IMG/VR virus record: IMGVR_UViG_3300037200_000067
Coordinates: 1-64,000 of that record
Strand: one strand, 5' to 3'
Source of the DNA: a virus
Length of the DNA stretch: 64,000 nucleotides
Position numbers and translations under genes: made by a program. The notes below the pieces were generated by a model, which searched no databases, was not told the DNA's origin, and was given only the letters and a program-made list of their open reading frames with translations. Positions 8,462-16,740 of the stretch are shown here, piece by piece (the stretch's first letter is position 1; every line of letters starts with the position of its first letter).

Positions 8462-8983
8462 ATGATTACTCCCGGCCCCGTCCAGACCAGCTATAACCAG
8501 TATGTCACGCCGGGCCAGGTCGGCACGCGTGCGTCTACCTATGGCTGGGACGTCGACAGCCGCATTTGCAGCGACCTTTCGGGGGACGGCATTGGCCTCG
8601 GTCTGGTCGTCTCGCAGAGCGCGGTGAGCGACGCGGCCGTTGTCATCGGCCATCTTTCAGGCGGCGTGGTGATCGGCATTTCGGTCGCCGATCCGACCTT
8701 GCCGAACGTCGGCGTGGTCCCGGTCGACACCTATGCGAACGGCGACAACATGGGCGTCGCTACGCGCGGCGACTGGTGGGTTGAGGTCGTGGGCGACGTC
8801 GCGGCGGGGGGCGAGGTTTATTACGACACCGTGACCGGCCAGCTTGGGCCGTCCGGCATCAGCAACGCGGCGCAGCTTCACGGCGCGACCTTCATGACCA
8901 GCGTCCCGTACACCGACGTTCCTTCGGTCACGATGGGCCAGCTTGCGGTCGTTCGCCTGAGCGGCATTTCCGAGCGCCAGTAA
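8462..8983 (+). CDS. Head decoration / cement protein
   Basis: Lies between protease and major capsid genes; beta-rich with a GVATRGDWWVEV motif typical of this slot. Confidence 0.75.
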   Translation: MITPGPVQTSYNQYVTPGQVGTRASTYGWDVDSRICSDLSGDGIGLGLVVSQSAVSDAAVVIGHLSGGVVIGISVADPTLPNVGVVPVDTYANGDNMGVATRGDWWVEVVGDVAAGGEVYYDTVTGQLGPSGISNAAQLHGATFMTSVPYTDVPSVTMGQLAVVRLSGISERQ

Positions 8984-9036
8984 CCCGCTGACTGAACAGA
9001 ATTCCTAGACGCCTCGCGCGAGAAAAGGACACTACA

Positions 9037-9981
9037 ATGCGTCACTTCATGTTGGACTCGCAGCAGGCCCTGGGCTTTCTGATCGAGCAGACGACTTCGA
9101 TCGAAAGCGAAGTCTATCGCATCCAGTACCCGGATATCCTCTACCCGCAGCTTGTGCCGGTCGATACGAGCGCATCGGAGTGGGCGAAGTCAGTCACGTA
9201 CTTCTCGCTCGATAAGGTTGGCGAGGCGCAGTGGTTCGACGGCATGGCGACCAACATGCCGCTAGCCGACATCAACCGCGCCAAGTACGAGCAGGGCATC
9301 GAAATGGCCGGCATCGGCTATCGCTACACGCTCGAGGAACTCGGGCAGGCGATGATGATCCCCGGCCTGAACCTGTCGAGCGAAAGGGCGGAAGCCGCGC
9401 GTCGGTCCTACGAGGAATTCATGGACCGGCTGGCGCGTATCGGCGATGCGCGCAAGCAGGTGACGGGCCTGCTCAACAACGCGACGGTCACGCAGGTCGA
9501 TGCGATTGCGGACGGCACCGGCTCCAGTGCGTTGTGGTCGAATAAAACTGCGGATCAGATGATCCGCGACGTCCAGAACGCTCTCACGGCGGTTTACGAG
9601 GGTTCAAACACGGTCGAAATGGCCGACACGGTTCTGCTGCCGATCAGCAATATGGAACTGCTCGCCAACACCCGCGTCCCGAACACCTTCGGCAACGCGC
9701 TCGACTATCTGATGAAGTACAACCTGTATACGCATACGACCGGCGCGCCGCTGACGATTCGCGGCATTCTGAACCTGAACAATCTTGGCGTGGGCGGAAC
9801 GGGTCGCATGGTCGCCTATCGCCGCGACCCGCGTGTCGTGAAGCTGCATGTCCCGATGGTCCACCGCTTCCTGCCCGTCTGGCAGACCGGCCCGATCACC
9901 TATGACATTCCCGGAATTTTCCGCGTCGGTTCGGTCGAAATCCGGCGCCCCGGCGCATTCACTTACGTAGATGGGATTTGA
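9037..9981 (+). CDS. Major capsid protein (DUF2184 / encapsulin-like HK97 fold)
   Basis: 314 aa, strong RBS (AAAAGGAC). Motifs IGYRYTLEEL, GLLNN, GRMVAY and GSVEIRRPGAFTYVDGI. Confidence 0.92.
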   Translation: MRHFMLDSQQALGFLIEQTTSIESEVYRIQYPDILYPQLVPVDTSASEWAKSVTYFSLDKVGEAQWFDGMATNMPLADINRAKYEQGIEMAGIGYRYTLEELGQAMMIPGLNLSSERAEAARRSYEEFMDRLARIGDARKQVTGLLNNATVTQVDAIADGTGSSALWSNKTADQMIRDVQNALTAVYEGSNTVEMADTVLLPISNMELLANTRVPNTFGNALDYLMKYNLYTHTTGAPLTIRGILNLNNLGVGGTGRMVAYRRDPRVVKLHVPMVHRFLPVWQTGPITYDIPGIFRVGSVEIRRPGAFTYVDGI

Positions 9982-10024
9982 GATCGGCAAATAAGCCGAC
10001 GCAACGCCAACTGGAGAACGATCT

Positions 10025-10339
10025 ATGGCAAAAGCAACCGACCCGGCCCCGATTGATCAGCCGGCAGAAATCGCGGCGGCGCCGCTGGCCCCCAAGGACT
10101 CAGGAGCGCTTTATGACGTGTACAATCCGACGCCCCGGCGCCGGGTGATCTTTGACGGGATCGAGAACAAGGCCCCGATCGCGATCGTGTCGAAAGAGAC
10201 CAAAAAGGACGTGCTGCTGAGCGCGATGACGGTGAGGCGCCTGCGCGAGCGCGCCGCGCTGATCGGCGATGCCAACGAACTTGAGGTGCTTGATCCGGAG
10301 AGTGCCAAGCCGGCGCCGAAGGCCAAAGTCGCTGCGTGA
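10025..10339 (+). CDS. Small head-associated protein; paralogue of the glycosyltransferase N-terminal domain
   Basis: GGAGA RBS, directly after the major capsid gene. NPT...RVIFDGI motif shared with 28719..31832. Confidence 0.75.
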   Translation: MAKATDPAPIDQPAEIAAAPLAPKDSGALYDVYNPTPRRRVIFDGIENKAPIAIVSKETKKDVLLSAMTVRRLRERAALIGDANELEVLDPESAKPAPKAKVAA

Positions 10340-10680
10340 TGGGCGAAGCATCCGCTCCCGAACTTGAGAAGATCGCAGAGCGCGATCAGATCAAGCTCAA
10401 CGTGAGCCTGACGGGAAAGCTGCCAAAGCTTCCGCCGTGGGTTCGGGAACGGAAATTCAGATCGATGGGCGACGTGCTGCGGATCAGCGATTTAGTTGAC
10501 CTGACAAAGGCGCATCCGTTCGTCGACCACGAGTACGTCAAGACGCGGATGGCCCAAGGCGCGAAGCTGATCTGGTTTGAGATTCAGTGCTCGTGGGAAG
10601 ATGCGGAAGCGCAGTTCGGGCGCGACCCGACAGAGTTTCTTCGCCACACGACGATGCGTGAGATCAAGCAGCTATGGTGA
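10336..10680 (+). CDS. Hypothetical protein
   Basis: Overlaps the previous stop; same-strand operon member. Confidence 0.6.
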   Translation: MMGEASAPELEKIAERDQIKLNVSLTGKLPKLPPWVRERKFRSMGDVLRISDLVDLTKAHPFVDHEYVKTRMAQGAKLIWFEIQCSWEDAEAQFGRDPTEFLRHTTMREIKQLW

Positions 10681-10690
10681 GGGGTTCCGG

Positions 10691-11053
10691 GTGCCGACGC
10701 AGCAGAACTTCTCAGTCCCCTCTGGCGATGATCGGCAGGTCGAATTCACGATAGCTGCGGCTGACATGCCATCTGGAGATATCGTCGACGTCTACTGGCA
10801 AGCGTTTGATCAGGCCTACGGCGTTCCGACGTCCACCGTTCCCGTTGTCCAGAAGACGAGTGAAGGAAGCCCCGGCGACATCGACTATCCTGCGAGTCCT
10901 GGCGACGTCTTCACCGTCGATTTCATCCCGGCAGACACGAGCACGCTTCTCGGAAACTACTATCACGAAGCGCGTGTGGTCGACGGGAGCGGGAATATCT
11001 CGACGGTGATCTATGGCGTCATGACCGTGACGCAAACGGAGGTGGTCACATGA
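10691..11053 (+). CDS. Putative structural beta-sandwich protein (BppU N-terminal-like)
   Basis: GTG start after GAGGGG. F..ADT..L.G.YYHE..V.D..G...TV..G...V pattern. Confidence 0.6.
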   Translation: MPTQQNFSVPSGDDRQVEFTIAAADMPSGDIVDVYWQAFDQAYGVPTSTVPVVQKTSEGSPGDIDYPASPGDVFTVDFIPADTSTLLGNYYHEARVVDGSGNISTVIYGVMTVTQTEVVT

Positions 11054-11301
11054 GCACGCACAATCACATTTTCACGCCGTTCTCGATCTTGGACCCGGCC
11101 CTGATGCGCAAGCAGATCGAAACCGCTCTGGACGAGCACAGTCTGTTCACGCCGGTCATGGCCCTGAGCGACACGCTGATGCAGACCGCCATTCAGACCG
11201 CGACGGGCCGCGATACGATCTTCGCAATTCGAGGCCTGACCGACCCGCAATGGACGCCTGACGCTCTCGCTGCGGCGATGGGCCTCGATACGAGCCCGTA
11301 A
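11050..11301 (+). CDS. Small putative virion protein
   Basis: ATGA overlap; N-terminus resembles that of the next fibre gene. Confidence 0.6.
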   Translation: MSTHNHIFTPFSILDPALMRKQIETALDEHSLFTPVMALSDTLMQTAIQTATGRDTIFAIRGLTDPQWTPDALAAAMGLDTSP

Positions 11302-11312
11302 GGAGATAGCCG

Positions 11313-13049
11313 ATGACGACCGTCGTTCTCACGCCGCAAGACTTTCTCGACCCTGTCGCGCTCGCGAATAAACTCGCGGCTGCGATCAATGAAGGCGACG
11401 GCGCAGGGCTGGAAGGCTTCACCGCAACCTATGTCGCGGAGCCGTATGATGGCGCGACGAATCCAGCCGGCGTCCTTCAAGCGTATGACGGCACGGACGC
11501 GACAGACCCGGTTGACGTCGTGCTCATGCCGGGCGGTCAGCGCGAAGGTGAGCCTGACGGCAACATCACCTACGGCGCGATCCAGGCGACGCTTTCCGAT
11601 GGCACGCCAATTGGCGGCAATCAGCGTGGGACTGGCGCGGTCGATTTTCAGATGTTCCGCACTGATCCGTCGCAAGTCGCGTCGGGCATTTCGGCTTTCG
11701 CAGCGGGATCGGCGAACGTCGCGTCGGGCTGGATTTCGACGGCTTTTGGCGACGCCAATGAGATCACGGGGTTTATCTCTTACGGCGAGGGTTCGGGCAA
11801 CGTCGAGGCAGGGTCGATCAATCACGTCGAAGGGGCCGACAATACCGCTGACGGAACCTACGTCCACGTCGAAGGTGAGGGCAACAACGTCGGTGGCGTG
11901 TCTATGCACGTCGAGGGCTCAGGCAACACGGCAGAAGGCGAGCTTCAGTACGTCCACGTCGAAGGCTACCAGAACACCGTCAACAACAGCTATTCCCATG
12001 CTGAGGGCAGTGGCAACACGATCAACGCTGGGGGCGCGTATTCGCACGTCGAGGGGAATGGCAACTCGACGTCGGGGAACGCAGCGCACGCTGAAGGCTC
12101 TGGAACGCAAGCCAACGGCGCGCAATCGCACGCCGAAGGTTCTGGTACGCTGGCGGAGAGTATTGGCGATCACGCGGAGGGGGTGAACACCGCCGCAAAT
12201 AGCGCGGGAGGCGGCGGTGCGCACGCGGAGGGACTCAGCACGGCGGCAAGTGGACCACAATCCCATGCCGAAGGGAATACGACGCAAGCGCTGAGTAATG
12301 GTGATCACGCCGAGGGTTACAACACGACCGCCAATAGCGGAGGCGACGGAAATTATGGTGCGCATGCCGAAGGCGATTCGACACAAGCGCTAAACGACGG
12401 GGCGCATTCTGAGGGCGGCTACACGGTTGCGTCTGGCTACAATTCCCACGCCGAAGGACAAAGTACGGTTGCCGCAGGAGACTCATCGCGCGCCGAAGGC
12501 ATAAATACGGCGGCATATGGCTACGCGTCAAGGGTTGAGGGCAACTTCGCGACAGATTATGGGGTTTCAGGCGTAAGCGTTCGGGGCGCTTATGGCAGCA
12601 GCATCTTAGGTCACGCGCAGTCTACTATCGCCCTGTTCGTCACCGAGACCGAAGACGCCACTCCGACCGTGATGACGATCGACAACCAAGACCCTTCGAC
12701 GATCAATCAGGTCATTCTCGGCCAAGACAACGCGCTGTACTTCGCTGACGTGTACCTGACGGGCAAAGTCACAGGCGCAAGCGATTGGGTATCAATTTGG
12801 GCGCAGGTCACGGCGCAACGCGGAACAGGGGCCGCGTCCGTCACAATTCCCACCTCAGTCGGAGGCACAAATCCGGCGCTCGCGTTGACCAGCTACGGAA
12901 GCGTCACTGGCTTGACGTGGGGTTCCGGAAGCCCTCTCGCGCTCGTTGCTGACACCGACAACGGCGCGCTTCAGATTCAAATCACAGGCGCAGCCGATAC
13001 AAACATCCAGTGGTATGCCGAAGTCCGCACCCGCGAACAAGTATTCTGA
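11313..13049 (+). CDS. Fibre/adhesin with YadA-head-like beta-roll repeats (probable head fibre)
   Basis: About 17 tandem ~14-aa repeats of (S)H(A/V)EG. AAGGAG RBS. Lies before the head-tail adaptor gene. Confidence 0.75.
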   Translation: MTTVVLTPQDFLDPVALANKLAAAINEGDGAGLEGFTATYVAEPYDGATNPAGVLQAYDGTDATDPVDVVLMPGGQREGEPDGNITYGAIQATLSDGTPIGGNQRGTGAVDFQMFRTDPSQVASGISAFAAGSANVASGWISTAFGDANEITGFISYGEGSGNVEAGSINHVEGADNTADGTYVHVEGEGNNVGGVSMHVEGSGNTAEGELQYVHVEGYQNTVNNSYSHAEGSGNTINAGGAYSHVEGNGNSTSGNAAHAEGSGTQANGAQSHAEGSGTLAESIGDHAEGVNTAANSAGGGGAHAEGLSTAASGPQSHAEGNTTQALSNGDHAEGYNTTANSGGDGNYGAHAEGDSTQALNDGAHSEGGYTVASGYNSHAEGQSTVAAGDSSRAEGINTAAYGYASRVEGNFATDYGVSGVSVRGAYGSSILGHAQSTIALFVTETEDATPTVMTIDNQDPSTINQVILGQDNALYFADVYLTGKVTGASDWVSIWAQVTAQRGTGAASVTIPTSVGGTNPALALTSYGSVTGLTWGSGSPLALVADTDNGALQIQITGAADTNIQWYAEVRTREQVF

Positions 13050-13064
13050 GACAGGAGAAACCCG

Positions 13065-13598
13065 ATGGCTTGGTCCGTCCTCATCAATAATAAGGCCGTC
13101 GAAATGGCCCCGCCCGACGCCGCCGCGATTACCGCCGCGCAGGCGAAGATTACAGCACAGAACACGGTCGCGCCCGTCGCGCCGACAATCCCGCAGACCG
13201 TCTCCTATCGTACGTTCATGTCGCGGATCACGCCTGCGGAGAGCGCCGCGATTACGACCGAAGCGGCCAAGCAACTCGCGGCCTCCGCGCAGGCGACGCA
13301 ACTCACGCGCTGGTGGTCGCGCGTCCAGAAACAGCGCGGGATTATGATGCTCAACCGACCGGACGTGCAGGCGGTCGAGCAGAACCTCGTGGACAACGGC
13401 GTGCTGACGATCGCGCGCGCGGCAGTCTTGTTCGCGGTCGGGACGGGCATGGGCGCTGGCGTCGGCCCGAAGGCCAAGCACTACGGGGCCACGGGAGCCA
13501 CAGGGGCGACCGGAACGCACGCAGGCCACACCGGCGCGCGCGGCGGCGCGACGGGCGCCACAGGCGCCACAGGCGCGACTGGCGCGGCTGGCGCGTAA
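13065..13598 (+). CDS. Putative fibre-associated protein with a short collagen-like (G-A-T)n tail
   Basis: C-terminus GATGATGATG...GATGATGATGATGAAGA; ACAGGAG RBS. Confidence 0.65.
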   Translation: MAWSVLINNKAVEMAPPDAAAITAAQAKITAQNTVAPVAPTIPQTVSYRTFMSRITPAESAAITTEAAKQLAASAQATQLTRWWSRVQKQRGIMMLNRPDVQAVEQNLVDNGVLTIARAAVLFAVGTGMGAGVGPKAKHYGATGATGATGTHAGHTGARGGATGATGATGATGAAGA

Positions 13599-13613
13599 CA
13601 AGAGGCCGCTCCC

Positions 13614-13985
13614 ATGCCGTCAACGACCGTCACGGCCCAAAACGTTCGCCTGCGCTTTCCGGAATTCGGAACGCAAACCGACGCCGCGATCGAATTCGCC
13701 ATCGAGGATGCTTTGCGCGTCGGCGACGCAGCGACGCTCGGCCTCGATTACACGCGCTTCATCATGTACATGGCCGGGCATATCCTGATGGTCGGGATTT
13801 CCCGCGCGGAAAGCGCCAGCGGGCTTCAGATCGCCTCCGAAAGCATGGATGGCATCGGCGACATTACCTACCAGACCAACAGGCAGCCGACGATGGCTGA
13901 TCTCAACGACTGGACCACCACACCCTACGGGACAATGTGTCTCGACATCGTCAAACGTCAAATCCCGGCCGTGATGGTGATCTGA
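13614..13985 (+). CDS. Head-tail adaptor (DUF4054-like)
   Basis: RLRFPEF near the N-terminus and TTTPYG near the C-terminus. Confidence 0.8.
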   Translation: MPSTTVTAQNVRLRFPEFGTQTDAAIEFAIEDALRVGDAATLGLDYTRFIMYMAGHILMVGISRAESASGLQIASESMDGIGDITYQTNRQPTMADLNDWTTTPYGTMCLDIVKRQIPAVMVI

Positions 13986-13986
13986 C

Positions 13987-14358
13987 GTGAGCAGCATCGT
14001 TCCCCCGCGCAACTGGCAGCAGACGGCCACCGTCTTCTCAAACCTGATTCAGCGCTGGGGCATGCAGGCTCAACTCGTTCGCGCGGCCGGCGCGCGCTGG
14101 GTGACGATCGCCCAAGCAAGGTTCACCTCGACCGAAAAGTCCGGCAAGCTCTATCAGCCCACTGATCGCAAATTCGCGATGGCCTCTGCTGGGCAGACGA
14201 TCGCGCCCGACATGCAGGAAGACCACCTGCTGACGTTCACGCAGACCGGCGACCCGAATGCTCTCATTCCCGACGAAAACCTGAAGCTGGTCATCCCGCC
14301 AGAGCGTATCGCGCCGGGCGGGATTCTGATCGGCTGGACTCTCTGGGTGAGAAAATGA
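13987..14358 (+). CDS. Head closure / head-tail joining protein
   Basis: Position and size; C-terminal IAPGG.L.GWTLWVR. Confidence 0.6.
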   Translation: MSSIVPPRNWQQTATVFSNLIQRWGMQAQLVRAAGARWVTIAQARFTSTEKSGKLYQPTDRKFAMASAGQTIAPDMQEDHLLTFTQTGDPNALIPDENLKLVIPPERIAPGGILIGWTLWVRK

Positions 14359-14846
14359 TCGACGCGCGCGAGCAGATCATCCTTCGCCTGGTTGAACTGC
14401 TGGGCAGCGTCAGCGGCATCACCGCCGTTTATCGCGATCGTGGTCAGACGACGGAAGACAGCCTGCCCGCCGCTTACGTGCTCGACGGTGAGGAAACGAT
14501 TCCGCAAGAAGCGCGCGACGGGATATTTCGCAGCAAGAGCGTCAAAATGCGCCCGACGCCGATGACGCTGAGGCCGCAGATTTTCATCCTGCTGAAGCCG
14601 CGCGACACGGTTCTCAACCTGACCTTGGACAACGTATCGGCCCCAATCGGCCCGGAACTGAGCGCCTATCGTTTTCAAGTCCTGTCAGCAATTGTTAACG
14701 ATCCTACGCTCTTAGGTTTGCTGACGACCAACGGGCAGATGATTTATCTCGGGTGCGACACGGATATGCAGACCATGAGCGCGATGAACGGCTCTCTTCA
14801 GATGCACTTCGAGTTCACATACTTTCTTGACATGCCGCGAGGCTAA
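14355..14846 (+). CDS. Tail terminator / completion protein
   Basis: Position before the tail tube gene; D.REQII.RL...L, ND.TL..L and F.FTY patterns. Confidence 0.6.
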   Translation: MIDAREQIILRLVELLGSVSGITAVYRDRGQTTEDSLPAAYVLDGEETIPQEARDGIFRSKSVKMRPTPMTLRPQIFILLKPRDTVLNLTLDNVSAPIGPELSAYRFQVLSAIVNDPTLLGLLTTNGQMIYLGCDTDMQTMSAMNGSLQMHFEFTYFLDMPRG

Positions 14847-14857
14847 AGGAGAACACC

Positions 14858-15394
14858 ATGGCTGTTGTACCCACCTATGCCTCGCCGAATATCGGCAACT
14901 ATTATATCGGGCGTGGCATCGTTTCGATCAAAGTGCAGGGCGAAAGCGAGTTTTCGGACGCCGGCAACTGCACGCAATGCGAGGTCACCGTCAAGCCGAC
15001 GATCCTGCCGCATTTCTCCTCGCGCGTCGGGACGCGCTTCAAGGACTTCACCGCCGTCACCGAAATCGAAGCGACGATGATGTGCTCGCTCGAAGAGTTC
15101 ACGGCGCGCAACCTCGCCTTCGCCCTCCTCGGCATTCCGCAGGAATCGGGTGTCGTCTCGATCGATATGTTCGCGCAGCCGCAGTATTACGCGGCGATGC
15201 AGTTCGTCGGCACGAATACGGTCGGCCCGCAGTGGTCGCTCGAAATGCCGCTGGTCCAGTTATCGCCGCAGAAGGCGATCTCGCTCATCGCGCAGGGTTC
15301 GGGAACCTGGGGCACGATCGACCTCCAGTGCGACGTGCTGAAAGACCCGGTCACCGGCCAGTTCTGCATCGCCACCGCGAGCGACTTCACCTGA
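14858..15394 (+). CDS. Tail tube (major tail) protein
   Basis: SPN..NYYIGRG, HFSSR.G.R.KD and LEE.TARNL motifs; AAGGAG RBS. Confidence 0.8.
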   Translation: MAVVPTYASPNIGNYYIGRGIVSIKVQGESEFSDAGNCTQCEVTVKPTILPHFSSRVGTRFKDFTAVTEIEATMMCSLEEFTARNLAFALLGIPQESGVVSIDMFAQPQYYAAMQFVGTNTVGPQWSLEMPLVQLSPQKAISLIAQGSGTWGTIDLQCDVLKDPVTGQFCIATASDFT

Positions 15395-15441
15395 TCTGAC
15401 GACCCGTAGGCCAAAAAACAAAAAATACTCTGGAGAACGCA

Positions 15442-15906
15442 ATGCCGGGACCGATCGGTATTATGGACCTCGTAAGGCAGACCAAACAAGTCGACATCGG
15501 CGGGGGCAACCTCCTCGAAGTCGGCGGCATCAACGCCGAAGACGTGGTGGGGCTGATGAAGCGCTTTCCCGATCTTCAAGCGCTCATTCGCGGGATGGAG
15601 ACTTCATTCGAGGCGATCCGCGACGCGGTTCCGGGCGCCATCAACGCGATCATTGCGGCCGGGTGCGGTCTTCTCGGCAATCCGGAAGCGGAAGCGAAAG
15701 CGGGCCTCATTCCGATCGAGGCGCAACTCTCGGTCTTGGGCGCCATTGAAAAACTGACATTCAGCGAGGGCTTTGGCCCTTTCGTCCTGAAGCTGCGGGC
15801 TCGGGCAGCCGCTTCCGCCCAAGCCACAAGGCCGCCGGCTATGAGATCGCCGAAAGCGTCGTCAAACTCATCCGCGATATCGGAGCAGCCGACGCTTACG
15901 CATTAG
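15442..15906 (+). CDS. Tail assembly chaperone (gpG-like)
   Basis: Between tail tube and tape measure; contains the slippery heptamer C CCT TTC at 15777-15783. Confidence 0.8.
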   Translation: MPGPIGIMDLVRQTKQVDIGGGNLLEVGGINAEDVVGLMKRFPDLQALIRGMETSFEAIRDAVPGAINAIIAAGCGLLGNPEAEAKAGLIPIEAQLSVLGAIEKLTFSEGFGPFVLKLRARAAASAQATRPPAMRSPKASSNSSAISEQPTLTH

Positions 15907-16067
15907 TCTGGTCGATGACGCCGCGACGCATTGCGGCGTGGCTGTACTTTCTGGGCCGGATTGAACTGAGGGAACAGCGCCGGCATGTGGTCGGCGTCGC
16001 TCTCGCGTCCCGGAGCGACAGCAAGGACATCAAAAACCAGATCGAGGCTTGGGACCGCGAGCTTTAA
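15442..16067 (+). CDS. Frameshifted tail assembly chaperone (gpGT-like), -1 programmed frameshift at 15777-15783
   Basis: The -1 frame from 15777 is open to TAA at 16065-16067 and reads ...YEIAESVVKLIRDIG...VWSMTPRRIAAWL...WDREL. Confidence 0.8.
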
Positions 16068-16130
16068 GACTTCAACGTGGAAACCGCCCGGTTCCGCGTT
16101 GGAGACCCGAAAGGGCGTTCTCCAGAACTT

Positions 16131-16159
16131 GCCGGGGGCTGTAAGGCTCCCGGCCTTTT
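16131..16159 (+). terminator. Rho-independent terminator-like hairpin
   Basis: GCCGGGGGC-TGTAAG-GCTCCCGGC followed by CTTTT. Confidence 0.65.
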
Positions 16160-16170
16160 GAGGACAAGCG

Positions 16171-16740
16171 ATGCCGACCGTCAGAATGTATCTCGGTGGT
16201 GATCGCATCGGGCCAAAGTTTCAGCGCTCAGTGTTTCGTCAAGGCGAACTGGTCCGCGACGCCGCGCGCGCCGCCGCCGTGGATGCGGCGTTTGAAATCC
16301 AGCAACGCGGCGCGGCCGACATCGCAGGGTCTGGCAAGTTCGGATCACGCTGGACCGAGGGGCTGCACGAGACGGTCACGGAAGGCGGCGGCAATATCCG
16401 CATCGCCGTCACGCACGATATTGCTTTCTGGCCGGTCTTTGAGTTCGGCGCCACGATCAAGGGCAAGCCTCTTCTCTGGATTCCTATGTCGTTTGCCGAT
16501 GATGCGCAAGGCGTCAGCGCGAAAGACTATCCCGGCGTCCTGTTCCGCGTCGATCGGAAGTCGGACGGTCTACCGTTGCTCTTGGCCGCAAGCGGCGTGA
16601 AGGGCGAGCCAGCGCAGGTCAAGTATTTCGCGAAATCGCAGGTGGTGATTCCACGCAAATGGCATCTGCGTGATATCGTTCGCGACGTAGCGCGGCACAT
16701 GGGGCAACTCTACAGGGCGAGGTTTACGAACCGTGGCTGA
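16171..16740 (+). CDS. Tail completion / neck protein (HK97 gp10-like)
   Basis: VFEFGATIKGKPLLWIP motif; basic protein just upstream of the tape measure. Confidence 0.6.
   Translation: MPTVRMYLGGDRIGPKFQRSVFRQGELVRDAARAAAVDAAFEIQQRGAADIAGSGKFGSRWTEGLHETVTEGGGNIRIAVTHDIAFWPVFEFGATIKGKPLLWIPMSFADDAQGVSAKDYPGVLFRVDRKSDGLPLLLAASGVKGEPAQVKYFAKSQVVIPRKWHLRDIVRDVARHMGQLYRARFTNRG

Noticed and set aside
6434-8653. Long antisense ORF (739 aa) and similar shadow ORFs (1299..2495, 19037..20170, 21281..22306, 54109..55302)
   Set aside because: They mirror well-supported genes on the opposite strand, lack recognisable motifs, and are expected artefacts of high-GC codon bias.
9037-9981. Encapsulin / bacteriocin nanocompartment
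   Set aside because: The encapsulin-like protein sits in a complete portal-protease-capsid-tail operon, so it is the phage major capsid protein.
11800-12560. DNA repeats (cacgtcgaagg / cacgccgaagg) as a non-coding array
   Set aside because: Explained by the H(A/V)EG protein repeats of the fibre; third codon positions vary.
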